Notes: generated by a model from the letters alone, not told the origin. 46,020 nt of DNA from an uncultured Microbacterium sp. (GCF_963521695.1 NZ_CAUQWC010000001.1:1-46020); one strand, 5' to 3'. Counted from the stretch's first letter, positions 28,211 through 38,937 are shown. Translations and numbers: made by a program.

Positions 28211-30243
28211 CGCAGGAACGCCGCGGCGACGCCCGAGTCGACGGGGATGTGCAAGCCCGTCGTGCGCGAGAGCTCGGGACCGGTGAGCACGTACACAGCG
28301 TCGGCGACGTTCTCGGGCACGACCTCGCGCTTCAGGATCGTGCGGTCGGCGTAGAACTGCCCGAGGTCCTTCTCGTCGACGCCGTAGGTGGCGGCGCGGT
28401 TCGCGCCCCAGCCCGCGGCGAAGATCCCCGAGCCGCGCACGACGCCGTCGGGGTTGATGCCGTTGACCCGCACGCCGTACTCGCCGAGCTCGACCGCCAG
28501 AAGCCGCACCTGGTGGGCCTGGTCGGCCTTGGTGGCGGAGTAGGCGATGTTGTTGGGGCCCGCGAACACGGAGTTCTTCGACGAGATGTAGATGACGTCT
28601 CCCCCCATCTTCTGCGCGATCAGCGCCTTCGCCGCGGCCTTCGAGACGAGGAACGAGCCCTTGGCCATCACGTCGTGCTGCAGGTCCCAGTCCTTCTCGG
28701 TGGTCTCCAGCAGCGGCTTCGACAGCGAGAGGCCGGCGTTGTTGACCACGAGGTCGATGCCGCCGAAGGCGAGCACGGTCGCATCGATCGCGGCCTGCAC
28801 GCCCGCGGCTTCCGCGACGTTCGCGGCCACACCGATCGCGACGTCGGTCGAGCCGAGCTCGGCGGCCACAGCCTGCGCCTTCTCGAGGTCGAGGTCGGCC
28901 ACGACGACGCACGCCCCCTCGGCGGCGAGACGGGTGGCGATGGCCTTGCCGATGCCGGAGGCGGCACCGGTCACGAACGCGATGCGACCCTGGTGGGTCT
29001 GGGGTTTCGGCATCCGCTGGAGCTTGGCCTCTTCGAGCGCCCAGTACTCGATGCGGAACTTCTCGGCATCCGAGATCGGGGCGTAGGTCGAGAGGGCCTC
29101 GGCGCCCCGCATGACGTTGATGGCGTTCACGTAGAACTCCCCCGCCACCCGCGCGGTCTGCTTGTTCGCACCGTACGAGAACATGCCGACGCCCGGCACG
29201 AGCACGATGAGCGGGTCGGCGCCGCGGATGGCGGGACTGTCGGCGTCGGCGTGCGCGTCGTAATACGCCTGGTAGTCGGCACGATAGGCAGCGTGCCGCT
29301 CGTGCAGGCGCGCGATCGACTCCTCCACAGAGGCGTCGGCGGGCAGATCGAGCAGCAGCGGCTTCACCTTGGTGCGCAGGAAGTGATCGGGGCAGCTCGT
29401 ACCGAGCTCGGCCAGGGCGGGGGCCTTCACGGATGCCAGGTACTCGAGCACCACGTCGGAGTCGCTGAAGTGACCGACCATCGGCTTGTCGGTCGAGGCG
29501 AGACCACGGATCGTCGGGGCGAGGGCCGCGGCCTTCACCCGACGCTCGTCGGCGGGCAGCGCCGCGAACCCGTCGCGCACACCCCCGAACGGCTCGGCCG
29601 CACCGTGCTCGTCGATGTACCCCTGGGCCGTATCGATGATCCACCGGCTGTTGCGCTCGGCCTCCTCCGACGTGTCCCCCCACGCCGTGATCCCGTGACC
29701 GCCGAGGATCGTGCCGATCGCCTGCGGGTTCGCCGCCTTGATCGCCGCGATGTCCAGGCCCAGCTGGAACCCGGGTCGCCGCCACGGCACCCACACGACC
29801 TTGTTGCCGAAGATGTTGGCCGTCAGAGCCTCACCGTCGGCCGCGGTCGCGATCGCGATGCCCGCGTCCGGGTGCAGGTGATCGACGTGCGCGGCATCCA
29901 CGAGTCCGTGCATCGCGGTGTCGATCGACGGAGCGGCGCCCCCCTTTCCGTGCAGGCAGTAGTCGAAGGCGGCGACCATCTCGTCCTCCCGGTCGATGCC
30001 CGGATAGACGTCGACGAGCGCGCGCATGCGGTCGAGCCGCAGCACTGCGAGCCCCTTCTCGGTCAGCGTGCCGAGGTCGCCGCCGGACCCCTTGACCCAC
30101 AGCAGCTCGACCGGCTCACCGGTGACGGGGTCGATGTCGGTGCCCTTGGCGGAGGTGTTGCCGCCGGCGTAGTTGGTGACCTTGGGGTCGGAGCCGAGGC
30201 GGTTGCTGCGCGCGACGAGGGCTGCGGCGGTGTCGTTCGTCAT
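28207..30243 (-). CDS. rhaD: Bifunctional rhamnulose-1-phosphate aldolase / short-chain (lactaldehyde) dehydrogenase (RhaEW type)
   Basis: GGNTSAK, VKGSGGDL, PSIDTAMH, HLHPD and CPDHFLRTK, followed by an SDR domain with TGAASGIG, NNAG and YSATK. Confidence 0.93.
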   Translation of the reverse strand: MTNDTAAALVARSNRLGSDPKVTNYAGGNTSAKGTDIDPVTGEPVELLWVKGSGGDLGTLTEKGLAVLRLDRMRALVDVYPGIDREDEMVAAFDYCLHGKGGAAPSIDTAMHGLVDAAHVDHLHPDAGIAIATAADGEALTANIFGNKVVWVPWRRPGFQLGLDIAAIKAANPQAIGTILGGHGITAWGDTSEEAERNSRWIIDTAQGYIDEHGAAEPFGGVRDGFAALPADERRVKAAALAPTIRGLASTDKPMVGHFSDSDVVLEYLASVKAPALAELGTSCPDHFLRTKVKPLLLDLPADASVEESIARLHERHAAYRADYQAYYDAHADADSPAIRGADPLIVLVPGVGMFSYGANKQTARVAGEFYVNAINVMRGAEALSTYAPISDAEKFRIEYWALEEAKLQRMPKPQTHQGRIAFVTGAASGIGKAIATRLAAEGACVVVADLDLEKAQAVAAELGSTDVAIGVAANVAEAAGVQAAIDATVLAFGGIDLVVNNAGLSLSKPLLETTEKDWDLQHDVMAKGSFLVSKAAAKALIAQKMGGDVIYISSKNSVFAGPNNIAYSATKADQAHQVRLLAVELGEYGVRVNGINPDGVVRGSGIFAAGWGANRAATYGVDEKDLGQFYADRTILKREVVPENVADAVYVLTGPELSRTTGLHIPVDSGVAAAFLR

Positions 30244-30268
30244 GATGTCTCCTTTTCGAGGAACGCGC

Positions 30269-31435
30269 TCAGGCGCCCCAGCCGGCCTGCGTGCCGCCGA
30301 CGCGCTCGTCGGCGATGCGGGGCAGGTATCCGGATGCCGCGAACGCGGCCATCGGGTCGGCGGGAAGTCCGCGCGAGGCGCGCCACTCGGCGAGGGCCGG
30401 GCGCACGTCGGTGTAGAACGCGTCCATGAGCACGGCGTTGGCCCCCAGCACGTCGTTCGCCCGCTGCGCCGCATCGAGCGCGTCACGGTCGACGAGTAGG
30501 GCGCGAGCCGTCATCTCCTGCACGTTGAGCACCGAGCGGATCTGCCCGGGGATCTTGTCCTCGATGTTGTGGCACTGGTCGAGCATGAAGGCCACGTCGG
30601 GGTTGTTCAGGCCGCCGCCGCGCACGACCTCCGTGAGGATGCGGAACAGCTGGAACGGGTCGGCCGAGCCGACGATGAGGTCGTCGTCGGCGTAGAAGCG
30701 GGAGTTGAAGTCGAACGAGCCGAGCTTTCCGAGGCGCAGCAACTGCATGACGATGAACTCGATGTTCGTGCCGGGCGCGTGGTGACCGGTGTCGAGGCAC
30801 ACCATCGCCTTGTCGCCGAGGGCGGCCACCTGGGCGTACGAGGTCCCCCAGTCCGGAACGTCGGTGTGGTAGAACGACGGCTCGAAGAACTTGTACTCCA
30901 GAACCAGGCGCTGGTCGTCTCCGAGCCGCGCGTAGATTTGCTGCAGTGAGTCCTGAAGGCGATCCTGTCGGCCGCGCATGTCGTTCTGTCCGGGGTAGTT
31001 CGACCCCTCGGCGAGCCAGATCTTCAGGTCGCGGGAGCCCGTGGCATCCATCACGTCGATGCACGCGAGGTGGTGGTCGATGGCCTTGCGGCGGATGCGC
31101 TCATCGTGGTGCGTGAGGGCGCCGAACTTGTAATCCTCGTCCTGGAAGGTGTTCGAGTTCACCGTGCCGAGGCTGACGCCGAGGTCTTCGGCGTGGCGGC
31201 GCAAGGCGCCGAAGTCGTCGACGAGGTCCCACGGGATGTGCAGCGCGACGCTCGGCGCCAGAGCGGTTAGACGGTTCACCTCGGCGGCGTCCGCGATCTT
31301 CTCGAACGGGTCGCGCGGAGTGCCGGCGGTGGGGAACACGCGGAAGCGCGTGCCGGAGTTGCCGAAGGCCCACGAGGGCAGCTCGATGGCCTGCCCCTCC
31401 AGGGTCGCGAGGATCTCGGGGCGGAGAGTGGTCAT
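30269..31435 (-). CDS. rhaI: L-rhamnose isomerase (RhaI type)
   Basis: IELPSWAFGNSGTRF, ALHIPWD, EYKFFEP, DTGHH, MLDQCHN. Confidence 0.95.
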   Translation of the reverse strand: MTTLRPEILATLEGQAIELPSWAFGNSGTRFRVFPTAGTPRDPFEKIADAAEVNRLTALAPSVALHIPWDLVDDFGALRRHAEDLGVSLGTVNSNTFQDEDYKFGALTHHDERIRRKAIDHHLACIDVMDATGSRDLKIWLAEGSNYPGQNDMRGRQDRLQDSLQQIYARLGDDQRLVLEYKFFEPSFYHTDVPDWGTSYAQVAALGDKAMVCLDTGHHAPGTNIEFIVMQLLRLGKLGSFDFNSRFYADDDLIVGSADPFQLFRILTEVVRGGGLNNPDVAFMLDQCHNIEDKIPGQIRSVLNVQEMTARALLVDRDALDAAQRANDVLGANAVLMDAFYTDVRPALAEWRASRGLPADPMAAFAASGYLPRIADERVGGTQAGWGA

Positions 31436-31878
31436 GAGCGGGCGCCTTCGGTCGGGACGGATGCCGCGGAGCCGGCCTCCGAAACGGGGGATGCCGCGGA
31501 TGCGGCACCGGAGCGGGGGGATGCCGACGACCCCGCGTTCGCGAGCTGGTCGGCGAGGTGGAAGATCTCGGTGAGGGCGGTGGCGGCCTGATCGGGTCGC
31601 CCCCCGAGGTCGAGGAAGAAGGGCGCCATCTCGGCCTCCCACGCGGCCGCGATGGGCGAGGCGGCGAGGTAGGCCTGCGCGGCTGCGTCGTCGTCGGTCT
31701 CGTAGTAACCGACCAGACGACCCCCCTCTCCCAGGAACAGCGAGTAGTTGCGGCGACCGGCGGCGGCGATCTCGGCGAGCATGTCGGCGCGGACGGGCAT
31801 GTGCCGGGCGACATACTCGTCGATCAGCTCGGGCCGGATGCGCAGCTCGAAGCAGACGCGCGTGGTCGGTGCGGTCAT
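31432..31878 (-). CDS. rhaM: L-rhamnose mutarotase with a repetitive C-terminal extension
   Basis: EYVARH..V...GRRNYSLFL...WEAEMAPFF...EIFHL. Confidence 0.9.
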   Translation of the reverse strand: MTAPTTRVCFELRIRPELIDEYVARHMPVRADMLAEIAAAGRRNYSLFLGEGGRLVGYYETDDDAAAQAYLAASPIAAAWEAEMAPFFLDLGGRPDQAATALTEIFHLADQLANAGSSASPRSGAASAASPVSEAGSAASVPTEGARS

Positions 31879-31900
31879 CGCGGGGTTCTCTTCCTCGAGA

Positions 31901-31914
31901 ATGAATCGTTTCAT
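31901..31914. promoter_or_regulatory. LacI-type operator (rhamnose regulon site 1)
   Basis: ATGAATCGTTTCAT, a near-palindrome with central CG, between rhaM and the divergent LacI gene. Confidence 0.75.
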
Positions 31915-31962
31915 AGTACGATAGCACACGCGGAGCGGACACTGCGATATGGTCGGCAGATC

Positions 31963-32961
31963 ATGGCGGTCAAGATCAGCGACGTCGCAACGCATGCCGG
32001 TGTCTCCGTCGGCACCGTGTCGAACGTCCTGAACGGACGCGCCACGGTCTCCGAATCGGCAGCCGCACGCGTGCGCGCATCGATAGACACCCTCGGATAC
32101 GTGCGCAATGACGCCGCACGGCAGCTGCGCGCCGGTCGTAGCCGAACGATTGCTCTGATCGTCCTCGACGTGGGAAACCCGTTCTTCGCCGCCGTGGCAC
32201 GCGGAGCCGAGGCGAGGGCCGCAGCCGACGGGTTCGTCGTGCTCCTGGGCTCCAGCGGCGCCGACGTCGACCACGAGCGCCTCTACCTTGACCAGTTTCG
32301 CGAGCAGCGGGTCGCCGGAGTCCTGCTCACCCCGGCCGAGGCTGACAGCGACGTGGCGGAGCGTCTGGTCTCTGCCGGTATCCCCCTCGTGCTCGTCGAC
32401 GAGCAGACTGCGCGCGACGAGGTCTGCACGGTATCGGTCGACGACGTCGAGGGCGGACACCTCGCGGTGTCGCATTTGCTGGACGCGGGCCATCGCCGCA
32501 TCTGCTTCGTCGGGGGTCCGCTGACCACGCGCCAGGTCGCCGACCGTCTCGCCGGCGCGCGTCGCGCCGTCGCCGAGGTCGCCGATGCGGAGCTCGACGT
32601 GATCGAGACCGACGCGATGACGGTACTCGCGGGCCGGGCCGCGGGGGAACGCCTGCGAGGGGGAGCACGGCGGCCCCGCGCCGTCTTCGCCGCCAACGAT
32701 CTGCTCGCCGTGGGCATCCTGCAGGCACTGACCATGCTCGGCGACGTGCGCGTCCCCGAGGACATCGCCCTGGTCGGGTACGACGACATCGACTTCGCCT
32801 CGGCCACCGTGGTGCCCCTCACCTCGGTCCGTCAACCGGCAGAGGCCCTCGGTTCCACGGCGGTCGACCTGCTCCTGAGCCAGCTCGCCGGAGAGCTGCC
32901 CGCGACGGAGCGACACGTACGGTTCCGACCGGAGCTCGTCGTCCGCGACTCGAGCCCCTGA
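31963..32961 (+). CDS. LacI family regulator 1 (rhamnose locus)
   Basis: ISDVATHAGVSVGTVSNVLN, GYVRNDAARQLRAG, VFAANDLLA, VGYDD. Confidence 0.92.
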   Translation: MAVKISDVATHAGVSVGTVSNVLNGRATVSESAAARVRASIDTLGYVRNDAARQLRAGRSRTIALIVLDVGNPFFAAVARGAEARAAADGFVVLLGSSGADVDHERLYLDQFREQRVAGVLLTPAEADSDVAERLVSAGIPLVLVDEQTARDEVCTVSVDDVEGGHLAVSHLLDAGHRRICFVGGPLTTRQVADRLAGARRAVAEVADAELDVIETDAMTVLAGRAAGERLRGGARRPRAVFAANDLLAVGILQALTMLGDVRVPEDIALVGYDDIDFASATVVPLTSVRQPAEALGSTAVDLLLSQLAGELPATERHVRFRPELVVRDSSP

Positions 32962-32970
32962 CGCTGGGCC

Positions 32971-33010
32971 GACCAAACCCCGGCCACCGCGAAAGCAGCC
33001 GGGGTCGGTC
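32971..33010. terminator. Hairpin between the convergent lacI and rhaS genes
   Basis: ACCCCGGC...GCCGGGGT stem, extended by GACC/GGTC. Confidence 0.45.
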
Positions 33011-33024
33011 AATGGTCGGGCCGA

Positions 33025-34068
33025 TCAGAAATCGAACTCGGCGATGTTCGACGCGTCGAACACGAACGGGTCGCCCAGCAACACGGTCGCGTCGGCGCCG
33101 ACCGTGAACTCACCGAGTTTTCCCGCCTCGAACGAGTCGCCCTCAGCACCGGTGATGGTGCCGTCGATGAGGGCCTTCGTCGCGTACGCGCTCAGGTAAC
33201 CAAGGTCGGCCGGGTTCCACAGCGCGAACGCGGTGATGGTGCCGTCCTGGACGTACTCGCGCAACTGGTTCGGCGTGCCGAGACCGGTGAGCGCAACCTT
33301 GCTCTTGAACTCCGAGGTCGACAAGTAGCGACCGGCGGCGGCGATGCCAACCGTGGTCGGCGACACGATGCCTTTGAGGTTCGGGTAAGTCTGCAGCAAC
33401 GCCGCGGTGCGGTCGAACGACGTCTGGTCGTCGTCGTCGCCGTAGACGACGTCGACGAGCTCGATGTTCGGGTGGTTGGCAGCGAGGTCTTCCTTCATCA
33501 GGTCGATCCAGGTGTTCTGGTTCGTGGCGTTGGCCGCAGCGGACAGGATCGCCACCTGCCCGGCGTCGCCGATCTGCTCGGCGATCAGGTCGACCTGCGC
33601 CTTCGCAATGCCCTCGGCGGTCGCCTGGTTGATGAAGAGGTCGCGGCACTGCGCGTCGGTGTCGGAGTCGAAGGTCACAACCTTGACGCCGGCGCTGCGC
33701 GCCTCGTCGAGCGCGTCGCAAATGGCCGTGGGGTCATTGGCCGAGATGACCAGGCCGCCCACACCTTGCTGCGCAGCGGTCTGGATGTACTGGACCTGCG
33801 AGGTCGGGGTCGCCTCGCTCGGGCCGACCTGCTCGAACGTGCCGCCGAACTCCGTGATTGCCTCTTCGCCGCCCGTGTTCGAGGTCTCGAAGTACGGGTT
33901 GCCGAGGTTCTTGGGCAGGAACGTGATGGCGAGGTTGCCGCCATCGCCGCCGCCGGCGGCGTCTCCTCCTCCGCTGCCGCCGGAGCATCCGGTGGCGACG
34001 AGGGTGACGGCGAGGGCCACTGCGGCGGCGGCTGTGCCGATGCGGGTCTTGCGGGTGAATGCGAACAT
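33025..34068 (-). CDS. rhaS: Rhamnose ABC transporter substrate-binding lipoprotein
   Basis: Lipobox VATGC, FLPKNLGNPYF, NATNQNTW, LTGLGTPNQ, LWNPADLGY. Confidence 0.9.
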   Translation of the reverse strand: MFAFTRKTRIGTAAAAVALAVTLVATGCSGGSGGGDAAGGGDGGNLAITFLPKNLGNPYFETSNTGGEEAITEFGGTFEQVGPSEATPTSQVQYIQTAAQQGVGGLVISANDPTAICDALDEARSAGVKVVTFDSDTDAQCRDLFINQATAEGIAKAQVDLIAEQIGDAGQVAILSAAANATNQNTWIDLMKEDLAANHPNIELVDVVYGDDDDQTSFDRTAALLQTYPNLKGIVSPTTVGIAAAGRYLSTSEFKSKVALTGLGTPNQLREYVQDGTITAFALWNPADLGYLSAYATKALIDGTITGAEGDSFEAGKLGEFTVGADATVLLGDPFVFDASNIAEFDF

Positions 34069-34106
34069 CGTTGTTTCCTTTCGTGGTGCGGGTGAGTCGG
34101 TGCAGG

Positions 34107-35171
34107 TCAGACGATCGCCAGGTCGGCCGCGGAGCGCGCGCTCTTCCTCTTGCCGGTGGCGGCGGCCCGTCGGGACTGCACCCAGGCGATGAGGCTGGCA
34201 GATACCACCGAGAGCACGAGGAGCAGCCCGGTGATGACGTTGATGATGTCGCTGGTGACGCCGGCGAGCCGCAGGGCGCTGCCGAGGGTCCCGATGAGCA
34301 GCACGCCGGCGATCACGCCGTGCAGAGCGCCACGTCCGCCGAAGATCGACACGCCGCCGAGCAGGACTGCGGCGATGATCTGCAGCTCCATGCCCATGGC
34401 GTTCTCGCCGCGGGCGTTGCTGTAGAGGAGCGTGAAGTAGACGCCGGCGAAGCCCGACACCGCGCCGCTCATGACGAAGAGGATGAACTTTGTACGGCCG
34501 ACGTCGATGCCCGAGAACTGCGCCGCTTCTTTGTTAAGGCCGATCGCGTACAGCGAGCGCCCGAACGGGGTGAGGTGCAGCAGGACCGCGAAGACGATCG
34601 CCAGGATCGCGAACGGGATCATGATCAGCGGCAGTGGGGTTCCGGGGATGTTGGCCTTGGCCAGGTCGGTCCACGTCTCGGGGAACTCCGTCACCGCCTC
34701 CGTGCCGAGCAGGCCCACCGCGATACCGCGGAACAGGGCGAGGGTGCCGATGGTGACGGCCAGCGACGGCAACCCCACCACGGTGACGAGGAAGCCGTTG
34801 ACCGCCCCCGCGGCGACGCCGACGACGATCGCGGCCGCGGCGGCGAGCTCGAACGGCCAGCCCGACTGCGTCAGCACGCCCACGGTGACGCTGGACAGGC
34901 CGACGATGCTCGCGACCGAGAGGTCGATCTCCTCGGTGATGATGATGAGTGTCATCGGCAGCGCGATCAGCAGGATCGGCGCGATGTCGCGCAAGAGGTA
35001 CGTGACGGTCAGCGGGCTGTCGAAGTTGCGGACGCTCGCCAGCGACACGACGATCACGAGCAGCAGGATGCCGATGATGGCCGCCTCGCGCGTTAGCACG
35101 GCGCGGCGCCAGAACGGGCGGGCGTGGGCCCGGTAGGTGCGGGCGCGTTCGTCGACGGTGGTGGAAGTCAT
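34107..35171 (-). CDS. rhaQ: Rhamnose ABC transporter permease (RhaQ-like)
   Basis: EIDLSVAS, LPSLAVTIGT, FGRSLYAIG, LLGGVSIFGGRG. Confidence 0.85.
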   Translation of the reverse strand: MTSTTVDERARTYRAHARPFWRRAVLTREAAIIGILLLVIVVSLASVRNFDSPLTVTYLLRDIAPILLIALPMTLIIITEEIDLSVASIVGLSSVTVGVLTQSGWPFELAAAAAIVVGVAAGAVNGFLVTVVGLPSLAVTIGTLALFRGIAVGLLGTEAVTEFPETWTDLAKANIPGTPLPLIMIPFAILAIVFAVLLHLTPFGRSLYAIGLNKEAAQFSGIDVGRTKFILFVMSGAVSGFAGVYFTLLYSNARGENAMGMELQIIAAVLLGGVSIFGGRGALHGVIAGVLLIGTLGSALRLAGVTSDIINVITGLLLVLSVVSASLIAWVQSRRAAATGKRKSARSAADLAIV

Positions 35172-36202
35172 CGACCCGTCTCCCTCTCTGCGGTGAGCTT
35201 GCGGGACTGCCGGACGGCCAGGACGCGATCGAGCACGATGGCGCCGAGGATGAGCGCGCCGACGACGGCCCGCTGCCAGAAGTCGTCGATGCCGAGGATC
35301 GGCAGGGCGCGGTTGATGGTCAGCAGCAGGTACGCGCCTATGGCGGCACCCCACACCGTGCCGACGCCACCCGAGATCGCCACACCGCCGATTACGGCGG
35401 CGCCGATGGCCTGTAGTTCCCAGCCGAAGCCGGCGTTGGAGGCGACGGTGCCGTACCGGGCGGCGTAGAGCACACCGGCGAGGCCCGCGAGGGCGCCGCT
35501 GGTTACGAACGCACCGATGATGCGGCGATTGACCTTCAGGCCGTAAAGGTGCGCTGCGGCCGGGTCGGAGCCGATCGCGTAGAGCTCGCGGCCGCTGCGG
35601 AGGTTGCGGAGGTACCAGGCGGCGGCGATGAGCACCACGACGGCGAGGATCGTCAGCAACGGGATGCCGAGGACCTGGCCCGTGCCGAGGCCGCGAAAGT
35701 CCGCCGGCAGGTCGGAGGCGTTGACGCGGTTGCTCCCGGCCCACGCGACGTTGATGCCGCGGTAGATGTACATGGTGCCGAGCGTGATGACCAGCGCGGG
35801 CACCTTGGCGTAGGCGACGAGGGCGCCGTTGATAAAACCGAGGACGCCGCCGACGACGATGCCCGCGATGAACACGACGATGAGGGGCAGGCCGGGCACG
35901 TCGATGAAGAGACGACCGGTCAGATAGGCCGTGAGACCGACGACCGAGCCCACCGAAAGGTCGACGTTGCGGGTGATGATGACGATTGCCTGACCCACGG
36001 CGACGAGCAGCAGCAGTGACGGGGTGAGCAGGAGGTCGCGGAACCCGTCGGAGGAGAACAGGAACGTGGGGTTGTTGATGGTCGCGACTACGATGACGAG
36101 CGCCAGGGCGAGCACGATGCCGCTCTCGCGCGCCGCGGCGACGTGCGAGACGAACTTGGCCGCGGGGCTGGTGCCCGGGCGGACGGGGGTGGCGGTACTC
36201 AT
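35168..36202 (-). CDS. rhaP: Rhamnose ABC transporter permease (RhaP-like)
   Basis: [41 protein letters not shown]. Confidence 0.85.
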   Translation of the reverse strand: MSTATPVRPGTSPAAKFVSHVAAARESGIVLALALVIVVATINNPTFLFSSDGFRDLLLTPSLLLLVAVGQAIVIITRNVDLSVGSVVGLTAYLTGRLFIDVPGLPLIVVFIAGIVVGGVLGFINGALVAYAKVPALVITLGTMYIYRGINVAWAGSNRVNASDLPADFRGLGTGQVLGIPLLTILAVVVLIAAAWYLRNLRSGRELYAIGSDPAAAHLYGLKVNRRIIGAFVTSGALAGLAGVLYAARYGTVASNAGFGWELQAIGAAVIGGVAISGGVGTVWGAAIGAYLLLTINRALPILGIDDFWQRAVVGALILGAIVLDRVLAVRQSRKLTAERETGR

Positions 36203-36254
36203 CGGAGGCCCTCCGTTTCAGTGGTGATCGGGGTGTGCGGATGACGCATGACGC

Positions 36255-37787
36255 TCACAGCGATGCCCCCGCCTCGGCGGTCGCCGCATACATGACGGCC
36301 TCGGGGGTAGCATCCGCTCGGGCAAACTCGCCCGTCAGCCGCCCCTCCCGCATGACGAGCACGCGGTCGGCCATGCCGAGCACTTCCGGCAGCTCGCTGG
36401 AGATCATGAGGATCGCGAGTCCCTGCTGCGCGAGTTCGGAGAGTAGGCGGTGCACCTCCGACTTCGTGCCCACGTCGATGCCGCGGGTGGGCTCGTCGAC
36501 GATGAGTACCTTCGGCTGGGTGGCGAGCCATTTGCCGATGACGACTTTCTGCTGGTTGCCGCCGCTGAGGGTGCCCGCGGTGGCATCCAGTGCCGCGGTC
36601 TTTACCTCGAGTCGGCTTGCCCATTCGCGCGCGGCCCGGTTCTCATCGGACGAGCGCAACAGGCCCCAGCGGGAGAGCTTCGTGCGGATGGCGAGGGTGA
36701 TGTTGCGCGACACCCCCTCGTCGAGCACCAGCCCCTGCTTGCGCCGATCCTCGGGGACGAGGGCGAGACCGCGCGCCGTGGCCCGGCGCACGTCGCCTTT
36801 CGGGAGCGCGGCGCCGCTCAGGCGAACGGTGCCCGACTCGTACGGGTCGACACCGAAGACGGCGCGCGCGACCTCACTGCGGCCGGCGCCGACGAGACCG
36901 GCGAGGCCCACGATCTCTCCCGCGCGCAACGAGAACGACACGTCGCGGAAGACGCCCTTGCGGGTGAGTCCCTCGACCTCCAGGACGACCTCGCCGGGCG
37001 TGGAAGGGAGCTTAGGGAACAGCTCGGTGACGTCGCGGCCGACCATCTGGCGCACGAGGTCGTCGACGCTCGTGTCCGCCAGGGGCGTGGTGTGCACGTA
37101 CGCCCCGTCGCGCATGACGGTGACGGTGTCGCAGAGAGCAAAGACCTCGTCGAATCGATGCGAGATGAACAGTAGCGCGCGACCCTCGTCGCGCAGACTC
37201 CGGGCCACGGCGAACAGACGTTCGACCTCGACGCCGCTGAGCGCCGCAGTGGGCTCGTCCATGATGAGCACACCCGCGTCAAGTGAGATGGCTTTAGCGA
37301 TCTCGATGATCTGCTGGTCGGCGATCGACAGTCCCTCGGTCACTCGATCAGGGTCGAGGGCGACGCCGAGGCGCTCGAAGATCCGCGTGGCCTCCTCGCG
37401 CATGGCGGCACGGTCGATGCGCCCCAGGGGTCCGGTGGGCTGTCGGCCCATGAAGATGTTCTCGGTCACCGACAGATCGGGAAAGAGCGTCGGCTCCTGA
37501 TAAATGACGGCGATGCCGGCGGCCTTGGACTGCGCCGTGCTGACGAAGTCGACGCTCTCTCCGTCGAGCAGGAACTCGCCGTCGTCGCGGCGGTAGAGGC
37601 CAGCGATGATCTTGACGAGGGTGGACTTGCCAGCACCGTTCTCGCCAATCAGTGCGTGGATCGAACCACCGTCGAGCACGAGGCTCCCCGAACGTAGAGC
37701 GACCACGGGCCCAAATGATTTCATCACGCGATGCAGTTCGAGAGCGTGCTCGGGCGCACCGGATCTTCCAGGCGTAGTGCCGGCCAT
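36255..37787 (-). CDS. rhaT: Sugar (rhamnose) ABC transporter ATP-binding protein, two domains
   Basis: [52 protein letters not shown] precedes ATG 37787. Confidence 0.9.
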   Translation of the reverse strand: MAGTTPGRSGAPEHALELHRVMKSFGPVVALRSGSLVLDGGSIHALIGENGAGKSTLVKIIAGLYRRDDGEFLLDGESVDFVSTAQSKAAGIAVIYQEPTLFPDLSVTENIFMGRQPTGPLGRIDRAAMREEATRIFERLGVALDPDRVTEGLSIADQQIIEIAKAISLDAGVLIMDEPTAALSGVEVERLFAVARSLRDEGRALLFISHRFDEVFALCDTVTVMRDGAYVHTTPLADTSVDDLVRQMVGRDVTELFPKLPSTPGEVVLEVEGLTRKGVFRDVSFSLRAGEIVGLAGLVGAGRSEVARAVFGVDPYESGTVRLSGAALPKGDVRRATARGLALVPEDRRKQGLVLDEGVSRNITLAIRTKLSRWGLLRSSDENRAAREWASRLEVKTAALDATAGTLSGGNQQKVVIGKWLATQPKVLIVDEPTRGIDVGTKSEVHRLLSELAQQGLAILMISSELPEVLGMADRVLVMREGRLTGEFARADATPEAVMYAATAEAGASL

Positions 37788-37828
37788 GGGAGCCTCCCCG
37801 TCGAGGTTCAAACCGGTCACCCGGCAAT

Positions 37829-37842
37829 CTGAATCGTTTCAG
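37829..37842. promoter_or_regulatory. LacI-type operator (rhamnose regulon site 2)
   Basis: CTGAATCGTTTCAG has the same 12-bp core as site 1 and lies between rhaT and LacI regulator 2. Confidence 0.75.
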
Positions 37843-37926
37843 TTTTCTCAGTGTAGGCTGATGGGGACGGCGCGGTCAAGTCGCGTCATTGCTAAGAGCC
37901 TGATCGCGGCGAGACGGGGGGAGTCT

Positions 37927-38937
37927 GTGTCTATCAGCATCCGTGACGTCGCTGTCCTGGCCGGCGTCTCGGTTGGAACCGTCTCGAACGTGTTGAATAA
38001 ACCGACGGCAGTGTCGCCGCGATCCGCCCGTCGCGTAAATGAAGCCATAGAACAGCTTGGGTACGTACGCAACGGTGCCGCTCGCCAATTGCGAGCAGGA
38101 CGTAGCACAACAGTGGGGTTCGTCGTCCTGGATGGACGGAACCCCTTCTTCGCGGACATCCTCGGTGGAGCTGAGGTGGAGGCAGGCAGGAACGGCCTCT
38201 CGCTTCTGCAAGCGAACAGCAACGAAGACGCAACCCGAGAAGCCTCATACATCGATCTATTCGATCAGCAGCTCGTGCGAGGGCTTCTAATTGCCCCGTT
38301 CAGTGATGTCACGGCACGCTTGCAAAAGCTCCGAAATCGCGGCATACCCAGTGTGCTTGTTGATCGGTACTCAGGTGACGCCGAGTTCTCATCCGTCTCC
38401 GTAGACGGCGTCGCAGGAGGCAAACTCGCCATTGACCACCTGCTGACGGTAGGTCGTAGACGACTTGCGTTCGTCGGGGGAGGGTTTGACATACGGCAAG
38501 TCAACGACCGCCTAGCGGGGGCACGAAGCGCTGTGGACAACAGCGGTACACAAGCGACCCTAGAAGTTATTCCGACCCGATCTCTCACGGTAGCGGAAGG
38601 GGCCAAGGCGGGTCGCAGGATTATGGGCCGGCGAGCGAGCGAGCGCCCTGATGGTATTTTCGCCGCCAACGACTTGCTTGCGCTTGGGCTATTGCAGAGT
38701 TTCACTAGCGACGGGCGGGTGGCCGTGCCACGAGACATCGCCCTGGTTGGCTTCGATGACATCCCCTTTGCGGCCGCCGCTGCGGTGCCCGTGACATCTA
38801 TTCGGCAACCCGGCGAGCTCTTGGGGCAGACTGCGATGAGGATGCTGTTGGATGAGGCGGATATGCGAGACGCACCCACGAAACAGACAGTGTTTACCCC
38901 ACAACTCGTGGTGCGGGATTCGACCCAGGCAAGCTGA
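37927..38937 (+). CDS. LacI family regulator 2 (paralogue of regulator 1)
   Basis: IRDVAVLAGVSVGTVSNVLN, GYVRNGAARQLRAG, IFAANDLLA, VGFDD. Confidence 0.9.
   Translation: MSISIRDVAVLAGVSVGTVSNVLNKPTAVSPRSARRVNEAIEQLGYVRNGAARQLRAGRSTTVGFVVLDGRNPFFADILGGAEVEAGRNGLSLLQANSNEDATREASYIDLFDQQLVRGLLIAPFSDVTARLQKLRNRGIPSVLVDRYSGDAEFSSVSVDGVAGGKLAIDHLLTVGRRRLAFVGGGFDIRQVNDRLAGARSAVDNSGTQATLEVIPTRSLTVAEGAKAGRRIMGRRASERPDGIFAANDLLALGLLQSFTSDGRVAVPRDIALVGFDDIPFAAAAAVPVTSIRQPGELLGQTAMRMLLDEADMRDAPTKQTVFTPQLVVRDSTQAS

Noticed and set aside
26780..29794. 1004-aa ORF suggesting a fused rhamnulokinase, and similar long ORFs 16538-19267, 15130-16614, 30269-31942, 31432-33012 and 34107-35744
   Set aside because: The N-terminal extensions are off-frame read-through of upstream high-GC genes. 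The true starts are the internal ATGs (28210, 18313, 15900, 31435, 31878, 35171), most of which overlap the previous stop.
28249..30429. 726-aa plus-strand ORF and many other antisense ORFs
   Set aside because: These are shadow ORFs opposite well-supported genes. They are expected at this GC content and have no recognisable motifs.
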